Shown here piece by piece: positions 57,456-64,000 of a DNA stretch of 64,000 nt. Where the stretch lies: the sequence record MW845758.1; one strand, written 5' to 3'. The notes beneath the pieces were generated by a model that worked only from the letters and a program-made list of their open reading frames with translations, was not told the DNA's origin and did not search any database. A program made the translations under genes and the position numbers. Position 1 is the stretch's first letter. Every line of letters starts with the position of its first letter.

Positions 57456-58787
57456 TTAAATGGCCAAGGAACGAACCAAGAAATACAAGAGTAGTGCAGT
57501 ACGCACTGCCGACAATGCAGCATCATCACGCAAGTGGGTTTCTTTCTTCGCTAGGGCTTCGATACGCTTACGCAGGGACAGCACGTATTCATTCGAGGCT
57601 TTGGCAGCTTGGTACAATGCGCGCATGCGGTTGAGTAACGCGGCCACATCTCTGAAGTTAATGCGGTTCGAAACAATGAGGTCGAAGGAGTGACTCAACG
57701 TGTCCTCCATAATCGCCTCTATCTCGTCACGTTTCTTCCCGAGGGGTAACTGTGCGATATACACCAACAACGTCTTCATGGCGTTAGGAGAGGCCTTAGG
57801 CACCATCTCCAGCACCACACGCGCTAACTCCTCCTTGTACAGGTTGTTAATGCTATAAGAGGCATCAAACAGATTCTGCTTAGCGGTGTTGAACGCGGTG
57901 ACTTTGTCGCGGATGATGGATTCACCATCGAGTTCCACACGGGCTGACTGGGTAATCACACGACTGTTCTCACGACGCACCCGGTCCAACACTCCGTAGT
58001 AGTCTTTCACGGTTTGTTTGGTACGGGTGTTGAGGTCGGTGATAAAACGAATCAGCAATCCCGGTTGGTCGAACTTCTTGATGTTGTCCCAGTGTGGGGA
58101 ATCCTTTGAACAGAAGTCCTGTGCACGTTGTTCGATGTGTGCACCCCAGTTACCCAGACGACGGATATCGAATTTCAGGGAAAGTTGGGAGTAGGTCGCT
58201 TCAGCCGCAGGCATGTCGACAGGTTTCGGGAAGAAGTGGTAGTAGATACTCGAGTAGAATTTAAACTGGAGTAACTTCACAATCTCCACACCGGCCTTGT
58301 AGAAGTCCTTGTCATTGAACGAGGGCATCAGTCGGTGCACCACGTAGGCAATGGTCAGGTTCATGGTGTCAGACGCCACGTTCCACGTCGGGTCAATCGT
58401 TTTGGTGTTAAGAATCATCTCCGAGAGTAAATCCTCATCGACCACCAACACTTGGTCAAACAGGGCATAGCGATCGGTATCGAAGAAACGGATACTGTGC
58501 ACACCGAGCAGGTTCGACCCGAACCATTCGATATTGCCTTCGCGGGCGAACACCCCCGAGACGTAGTGCATGATACGTGTGCAGAGTTGCTTGTTGAACA
58601 CGACCTTGGCAAAGGCTTGGTCGAACGCTTTGAGGAGAGCGGGATTCTTTAACGACTCCGTAGCAAGTTTCTGCTCGTCTTCGAAATCGTCATCGTCGTC
58701 CCAGTGTCTTTGCCCGTAAGGGACATGGCTGCGGTGTCCACCTTCGACATACGCACCCCGATTAAAATCATAAACTAAATCCGACAT
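57456..58787 (-). CDS. Probable virion protein with acidic N-terminal propeptide
   Basis: 443 aa with GAGG RBS; WDDDDDFEDEQKLATE|S fits the AxE cleavage motif. Confidence 0.7.
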   Translation of the reverse strand: MSDLVYDFNRGAYVEGGHRSHVPYGQRHWDDDDDFEDEQKLATESLKNPALLKAFDQAFAKVVFNKQLCTRIMHYVSGVFAREGNIEWFGSNLLGVHSIRFFDTDRYALFDQVLVVDEDLLSEMILNTKTIDPTWNVASDTMNLTIAYVVHRLMPSFNDKDFYKAGVEIVKLLQFKFYSSIYYHFFPKPVDMPAAEATYSQLSLKFDIRRLGNWGAHIEQRAQDFCSKDSPHWDNIKKFDQPGLLIRFITDLNTRTKQTVKDYYGVLDRVRRENSRVITQSARVELDGESIIRDKVTAFNTAKQNLFDASYSINNLYKEELARVVLEMVPKASPNAMKTLLVYIAQLPLGKKRDEIEAIMEDTLSHSFDLIVSNRINFRDVAALLNRMRALYQAAKASNEYVLSLRKRIEALAKKETHLRDDAALSAVRTALLLYFLVRSLAI

Positions 58788-58810
58788 AGCAGAACCTCTA
58801 ACTTTTTACG

Positions 58811-58829
58811 GATAGATATTATAAATGTG
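58811..58829 (+). promoter_or_regulatory. Putative early promoter GATAGATATTAT-N4-GTG
   Basis: Exact motif copy. Confidence 0.7.
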
Positions 58830-58873
58830 ATAGTATACGCTATATATCATCTTAAATCATAAGGAGTTTTCTC

Positions 58874-60007
58874 ATGCCCACTCACTATCGCAAGGTCGAT
58901 TGGTTCGAACACCTTCGTGCCCAAAAAATCGATTACGAAGAAGAAGTTAAACTGTGGATTAACCCCCACGGTTGCCTGTGCGAAATTAAAGAAATCGCTG
59001 GGGTCGTTGCACTGGTCAACGGGGAGCACCACGCTATCAGCAGTCCCTTTGCCCAGATGTTATTCGACGCCGGCATTACCGGTCCGGTGGTAATCCACTC
59101 GACAGAAAGTATCCCGCAAAATACCTCCCGTTGGTTAACTTGGTGGTTGAGCAGGAATCCCGCAGAAGACGACGAGTTGATTCGTACCGTCACCGTCTAC
59201 ACCTTCAGTTGCCGACCGACGAAGAGCTTGCCCTTCAAAGTCGAAACGATGGAACCGGTGGTGATGCGAGCGGGGGACGTCCGTTCTACTGTGGGAATGC
59301 AGTCCCGGAATTTCCATATCTCGATGTTCGTTGTCGAGCTGGCAAATGGGACGAAGTACAGTCTCGAGCCACAGCGTTATGTTCAGTGTCAAATCGTTGC
59401 CTGTACCAAATACGGCTACGTGTTGCGCTCGGACAATAACAACGTGTTCATCGCAGACAAAATCTCAAGGCACGTTCAAGCCCAACTCCAGAATGCAAAT
59501 CTGCGCAAGGATGACTTAGTTGGCACCCGTGTGAAAGTCCAGTTCACGATGTACACAGAAGGCAACCGCCTTTGCAATTACAAAAATCCCATCGTGCACC
59601 GGAGTAGCGCTCTCGATCAGTTGAGCGCTCCGACCGTCCCGTCATACGATGGCCCGTATCTCTTCGAGCCATTACCGCAAACTAACAATGCTACCCTGAC
59701 GTCCACGCGCTGTTCGCGTGCGGCGATTACCGTGGTGGACGGCGTTATTTACGGCCGGGACGTTGAGTCCGGCGTGACCCTATTCACTTTCCGCAAAGGT
59801 GTTGAACCCGGAGTATATGGGGCGGAACTGGGAATCGGTGGTCAGGTCGAACACTGGCGATTTGAATCTCCCTACTCTGTAGACGCACTTGACCCAGAAG
59901 GGTTTGTGCACGCACTCGAGCCGAATTTGTATTTCTCGACCGGGTACAGTTTACAGCGTATCGGACTGCATTTCGCTGACCACACAAAGCAGTCTCTCAT
60001 TGCATAG
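58874..60007 (+). CDS. Hypothetical protein, possible degenerate DNA-ligase-like OB domain
   Basis: 377-aa ORF with AAGGAG RBS. Confidence 0.75.
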   Translation: MPTHYRKVDWFEHLRAQKIDYEEEVKLWINPHGCLCEIKEIAGVVALVNGEHHAISSPFAQMLFDAGITGPVVIHSTESIPQNTSRWLTWWLSRNPAEDDELIRTVTVYTFSCRPTKSLPFKVETMEPVVMRAGDVRSTVGMQSRNFHISMFVVELANGTKYSLEPQRYVQCQIVACTKYGYVLRSDNNNVFIADKISRHVQAQLQNANLRKDDLVGTRVKVQFTMYTEGNRLCNYKNPIVHRSSALDQLSAPTVPSYDGPYLFEPLPQTNNATLTSTRCSRAAITVVDGVIYGRDVESGVTLFTFRKGVEPGVYGAELGIGGQVEHWRFESPYSVDALDPEGFVHALEPNLYFSTGYSLQRIGLHFADHTKQSLIA

Positions 60008-60017
60008 GAGTTTTATC

Positions 60018-60521
60018 ATGCTTACTGCAACACCAACGATGGGGCCCGCGGTGAACATCATCTGCCAAGACCGCAGACTGGTGGAGCTGTGCGACCAGTA
60101 TATCATTACCGCCATTTTGAACCACCACCCGCATGTCTATTTTGACACAGCACAGCTACTGGCAGCAGCAGCGGTTCTGCGGAGACTCGAAGGTCGTCTG
60201 ACCATTGTCGAGTTCTGCGATTTCATGGACACGCAACCGGACCTGATGTCAGGCCTCGTGGCGTTAACCCAAGATGGGGTAGGGTCGTTCGACAACGGTA
60301 TCGGAAACTTCCTGGACTTCGGTTCCGGATTCGATGGTGGTATGATGTTTGTCACCAAAGAGCGTTTCGATGCTGTTTGGCAGTTCCTCGGCATGCGAGG
60401 TGTGACTGTACCCTATGCGCTGACACTGTTCAGCAACTGGGACATGAACATCTTCGGTGAAGCGGGGATTTGGGTTAAGCCGATTCAACTAGCGCTGGAT
60501 GGTAACACCATTCATGACTAG
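60018..60521 (+). CDS. Hypothetical protein
   Basis: ATG at 60018 after AGGAG. Confidence 0.8.
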   Translation: MLTATPTMGPAVNIICQDRRLVELCDQYIITAILNHHPHVYFDTAQLLAAAAVLRRLEGRLTIVEFCDFMDTQPDLMSGLVALTQDGVGSFDNGIGNFLDFGSGFDGGMMFVTKERFDAVWQFLGMRGVTVPYALTLFSNWDMNIFGEAGIWVKPIQLALDGNTIHD

Positions 60522-60533
60522 GGATAAGCATAC

Positions 60534-60600
60534 GCCGACGTGCCGTTTGGTGCGTCGGCACCCTTTCTACCCATAGGGTAGGATTGATTTATTTTTTTTT
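60534..60600 (+). terminator. Tandem hairpins and terminator closing the transcription unit before the gap
   Basis: GCCGACG..CGTCGGC, then CTACCC-ATA-GGGTAG followed by a long T-run. Confidence 0.65.
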
Positions 60601-60965
60601 GTCTAAAGTCCCTACTGGCACTAAGGATTGGTCATTTTTTGACCAGTTAATACACCCCTTTCAAAACCCTTCTAAAAAGCATTTTAAGCGGACTGATGTT
60701 GACCCGGTACATTCGGGTTCCTTACCCCCACTTATGGTCTCTACGAGCCGTACAGAGCGTCTGAGCACCCATCCCAATCCGAATTCGTGGATGCGATTTG
60801 CCGCTGGGGTGAAATCGGCGCGGTCGCCGCACGTTAAAAAATATATTAGCGCTTGCGCGTTTTAGGATACTCAGGATAGCTTAGCTTGAGAGGCGATCTA
60901 GTCTCTCGCTAAGTGGTTTGTTCTGTTCCCTTTGAATCTTAAATTTTAATTAAAAAATACTTATA

Positions 60966-60978
60966 AATCAATTACTTA
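60966..60978 (+). promoter_or_regulatory. IHF consensus site
   Basis: AATCAA-TTAC-TTA matches WATCAANNNNTTR exactly, with an upstream A/T tract (60938-60965). Confidence 0.55.
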
Positions 60979-61030
60979 CATCCCATTGCTAACCTACCGG
61001 TTAGCAACTGTTTAAATCTCTTCTATCTAC

Positions 61031-61200
61031 GCGTGTGCGCGCACACGCCATTTCCTACAGGATCTTTTTGTTTTATATATAAATATTATTTAATTATATT
61101 TATATAATTATAATAATAGATCATTATACCGCGCCCGCAAGCGCGTGATCCTTATTACTAGATCAATTTCAGGATTGAGAAGAATCGGGTGAGATCGATC
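61031..61200. other. Origin-like element: 18-bp palindrome, 48-nt pure A/T run and six GATC sites
   Basis: GCGTGTGCGCGCACACGC at 61031-61048; A/T-only 61071-61118; GATC at 61061, 61119, 61147, 61161, 61193 and 61197. Confidence 0.55.
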
Positions 61201-61567
61201 CCCAATCCCCTCCTCGGATTTTTTACAGGGTTGTGTAGTATTCTATGCAACTCCGATGTCTCGCCATGAACATCCGAGAGAGTTCCACACCCAACCGGTT
61301 AGCCCCCGGCGGTGTTCGCCGTAGTATCCTGAGTCGTGGTAAACACGTTTTGGCTCCAGTCCCTGTTCCGGACTCTGGCGGTGAGTTTCGGCTCACCGAA
61401 CTTTTCAAAACGTTTGAGTTATTACCTATGGCGAAAACGCATTTGGTTTCTCGAGCAAATCGGGAAACGTAACCAGACTAGCTAGCCAGCTAGTAATCTT
61501 CGACTGGACGATATTCAGCGAAGACTCAGACACGTGTATTCAGGTTACATGTGCCGGAAACCAGTTT

Positions 61568-61590
61568 GCCCCGCGTGCGGGGCCTTTTTC
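61568..61590 (+). terminator. Intrinsic terminator within the gene-free gap
   Basis: GCCCCGC-GT-GCGGGGC followed by CTTTTTC. Confidence 0.6.
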
Positions 61591-61591
61591 G

Positions 61592-62000
61592 AGTGTCTTC
61601 TCGCGAAGACATTGGAAAACGGTGTAATACGGCTTAGCCTTCGGGCAGAGTTCAGGTTCTTGTCTTACCCACCGTCGCTGCTAGGCTGAGCGGCATGCGG
61701 TGGCGGTTTGGGTTGCGGGGAGTTGTCCTGCCATTTGAATCTGACAAGTACCGTGGCAGTCTTGGGTGTGGTGAGGTTGGCGCGCGGCGTGAATACCCGC
61801 GTTCGGCATCTGCCGGTTGATTACACAACCGTGATGGATGGCTAGCCCACCACCCCAGGATGGGGCCAGATTGCATGGTGTGCCTTCTGAGGGGGAGGGC
61901 ACCACGGGGAGTGAGGTGATCACTGTCTTGGCGGCTCGGAAAGACGAGAGGGGTGGGTGTCCACGCTGCGAAGCGTCGATGCCTAGCTGATTATTTTTTA
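61592..62000 (+). ncRNA. Candidate large structured non-coding RNA (family unknown)
   Basis: No credible ORF; dense hairpins including cUUCGg and GCGA tetraloops, a nested multibranch helix and G-U pairing bias on the + strand. Confidence 0.45.
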
Positions 62001-62020
62001 CGGCAACCTTGGGTGTTATG
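61997..62020 (+). promoter_or_regulatory. Putative middle promoter TTTAC-N15-TATG
   Basis: Exact spacing match upstream of the gene at 62044. Confidence 0.6.
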
Positions 62021-62043
62021 TCTAAACCTCAAGGAATGTTACC

Positions 62044-62751
62044 ATGAATCTCGAAGAGCATTACAACAAGCCGCTGACCGTGTCGGGTGTTTGTGAGCTG
62101 CTGGCTGCTGAGCCGTTGTTGTCCACGGTTCCGCAATCCACACTGGCGGCTATCACCAACGTGTATCTCGGTAATCACCACATCAAGTCCGAAAACGCAA
62201 CCAGTCGCTGGGTAACCGTGACCGCGGGCGGTTCTGGCAAAGACGTTTGTGTCGCACAAGGCAAAGGCGATGCTCGCAGCGAAGGTGAAATTTACCAAGC
62301 GCTGCTAGCCAGTGCACTGACCACGGTAATCGAGCGAATTGAAAAAACCGCACCACCTAGCCAAAAATCGATTGAGTTGTTTGTCCCAAGAAACAATCCA
62401 AGCGAGTGTGGTTTTGTTGTGGACGGTGAAGTGATGCCTGTTGCGCCGTTTGTGGAATGGATTCGTGCAGCACAAGACGAATTCCATAATCGCTATGCTC
62501 TTCTGCTGGAACATCACTTCGAGTCGTTGCAGTTCATGCGCTTTCCGAATGACGCAGCAGTTGCGTTGGTCGGTAAACTGCGACAGACCTCAGGCGGTAA
62601 TCGGGTACCGGTGTGCGTAACGTATTTCGAAGGCATCAACGGCGTGTTGAAGGCGATTCACGAAATGGTGCGTGAGCATCAACGTTTGACAACGTACCCA
62701 GATACGTTCGATTACCTCACGTCGATTAACCCGGATGCGGGAGAAGCGTGA
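62044..62751 (+). CDS. Hypothetical protein
   Basis: 235-aa ORF with AAGGA RBS. Confidence 0.8.
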   Translation: MNLEEHYNKPLTVSGVCELLAAEPLLSTVPQSTLAAITNVYLGNHHIKSENATSRWVTVTAGGSGKDVCVAQGKGDARSEGEIYQALLASALTTVIERIEKTAPPSQKSIELFVPRNNPSECGFVVDGEVMPVAPFVEWIRAAQDEFHNRYALLLEHHFESLQFMRFPNDAAVALVGKLRQTSGGNRVPVCVTYFEGINGVLKAIHEMVREHQRLTTYPDTFDYLTSINPDAGEA

Positions 62752-63419
62752 TGCACTTAGTCAAACTCGAATTGCCATCACCGGACGGTTTCGCTGAGAT
62801 ATTCGCTATCGCGTACACCAGACATCCGGACAAAGCGCATTTGATGACGCCGTTTCGTCCCGGCCATCACCAGCCCGTGCAGCGGAAGTATATCTGTGAA
62901 ATCACGCTGCCACATGTTCCTGAAGAATCCATCGTTATGGTTTCTGATAACTGGAACAGCGCCCCGGACGTGATACCGGTAACCAACCCGCAACCCGGTC
63001 GACATCGTTTCCATCCTGCAAATTCGCAACCGCATGAATACTTTGGTTTTCGTCTGGACGAGGATTCGAAGTTTATGACGACCGATGCCGGTACTGTGTG
63101 CGAGTTTAAATTCGGGGTGTGGTATACGCTCGACCAAGCGACCCGTTATACTTTGCGGGTTTCGGTTACGGAAGAGTTAACCAGTCGGGGCATCATCAGC
63201 GGCGTACAGTTCTACGCGTGGCCTGAAACCAACACGGTGTCATGTTTGGCCAGAACGCCATACGGTGACTGTGTCGGTACTGCACAACCGTCAAACGGTG
63301 TCTATGACGAATCCAAGGCTTTAAAGCAAAGCTTCCAGATAGCCATTGGTCTGGCAGTAAGCCGTTGGGCTGGTAGCATGAAGCGTAGCCTGTCCGACGT
63401 GGATTGGTATCAGGGTTAA
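62748..63419 (+). CDS. Hypothetical protein
   Basis: 223 aa; GTGA overlap with the previous gene; GGAG RBS. Confidence 0.8.
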   Translation: MMHLVKLELPSPDGFAEIFAIAYTRHPDKAHLMTPFRPGHHQPVQRKYICEITLPHVPEESIVMVSDNWNSAPDVIPVTNPQPGRHRFHPANSQPHEYFGFRLDEDSKFMTTDAGTVCEFKFGVWYTLDQATRYTLRVSVTEELTSRGIISGVQFYAWPETNTVSCLARTPYGDCVGTAQPSNGVYDESKALKQSFQIAIGLAVSRWAGSMKRSLSDVDWYQG

Positions 63420-63462
63420 TCTTTTTACAGACAATCGCTGAGATATGCGAAGGAGCACTGCT

Positions 63463-63663
63463 GTGGCAAAGACCGACATGGTTTTCATCCATGACGAGAA
63501 AACCAACCGTCGGTACATTCAACGTGGTGGTGCTCGTCTGTGCTTAGACACTGAACCTGACCAAGGCAAAGCGCTCTACGCAACGTTTGCAAATGTCACG
63601 CCGAAATCAACCGGTACGATACAGATTATACTCAAGCCGAAGAAACGCGGTAAGAGTAAGTAA
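63463..63663 (+). CDS. Small basic hypothetical protein (paralog A)
   Basis: GTG at 63463 after AGGAG; TTTAC-N15-TATG upstream (63424-63447). Confidence 0.65.
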   Translation: MAKTDMVFIHDEKTNRRYIQRGGARLCLDTEPDQGKALYATFANVTPKSTGTIQIILKPKKRGKSK

Positions 63664-63759
63664 CCCAACCTATGCATGAGACGACCCGGATTAACCCATC
63701 TGGCCCTCGATGCTAACGCCGCATGTCGAAAGACGTGAGTGATGGGTTGGGAGACGAGT

Positions 63760-63894
63760 ATGAAAAAGAAAATTAACTCACCGGTGTTGACCGACGACAA
63801 AGGTCGACGTTACGTAGAGCGACATGGTGCGGTAGCTTATCTCGATGAGCGACACGTTCCCCTTCGCCCTGTCCGTAAACCCGAAGAGAAATAA
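63760..63894 (+). CDS. 44-aa hypothetical protein (paralog B, absent from the ORF track)
   Basis: MKKKINSPVLTDDKGRRYVERHGAVAYLDERHVPLRPVRKPEEK; GGAG RBS; similar to the previous ORF. Confidence 0.6.
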   Translation: MKKKINSPVLTDDKGRRYVERHGAVAYLDERHVPLRPVRKPEEK

Positions 63895-63954
63895 AATTTA
63901 GCCTACAAGTCCATAACCCAGCGATGACCCGTTAAGTCAATTGCGGAGGTTAAC

Positions 63955-64000
63955 ATGAACTTGTATTTGTTGGTACGACAGGACAGAGTGGGTTGGGACG
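63955..64000 (+). CDS. Start of a CDS truncated by the window end
   Basis: GGAGG RBS then ATG (MNLYLLVRQDRVGWD...). Confidence 0.55.
   Translation, partial: MNLYLLVRQDRVGWD

Noticed and set aside
60584-61923. Track ORFs in the gap (60584-60865, 61245-61472, 61652-61876, 61681-61923)
   Set aside because: No Shine-Dalgarno, starts inside T-runs or hairpins, atypical residue composition. 61245-61472 cannot be fully excluded.
60522-62043. tRNA, tmRNA, CRISPR array, group II intron domain V or DnaA boxes in the gap
   Set aside because: No TTCGA T-loop cloverleaf, no regularly spaced direct repeats, GAGCCGTAC near 60746 lacks the domain V hairpin, and no TTATCCACA match.
1904-63462. Upstream ORF-track starts (1904, 4238, 12785, 16694, 17801, 18234, 43112, 45358, 45691, 49860, 59889, 63445)
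   Set aside because: They overlap prior genes, terminators or promoter motifs; downstream starts with proper RBS spacing were used instead.

Overview
64-kb segment of a phiKZ-related jumbo myophage genome (Chimalliviridae-type). Gene order matches the SPN3US-like group of enterobacterial jumbo phages; this comes from recognised motifs and recalled synteny, not a database search. Recognisable genes: RNase HI, a UvsX/RecA-like recombinase, several fragments of the split virion RNA polymerase, thymidylate synthase, a MazG-like protein, a 2439-aa tape measure/lytic transglycosylase, prohead protease, tail tube and sheath, and terminase large subunit. Accessory genes include a free-standing HNH endonuclease and NADAR-, CYTH-, HAD- and HD-fold enzymes among many hypothetical ORFs. 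No tRNA, rRNA or CRISPR array was seen. Three recurrent promoter-like motifs and a family of bulged-A terminators can be read from the sequence. The best leads are: (1) a ~1.5-kb gene-free gap (60522-62043) containing an oriC-like locus (IHF site, 48-nt pure A/T run, six clustered GATC) next to a candidate ~400-nt structured RNA; (2) a 63-aa peptide resembling a free-standing ribonucleotide reductase redox tail; (3) a signal-peptide-less small beta-barrel-like protein ending in a BAM-type signal; (4) a tandem array of genes sharing a ribbon-helix-helix-like N-terminus.
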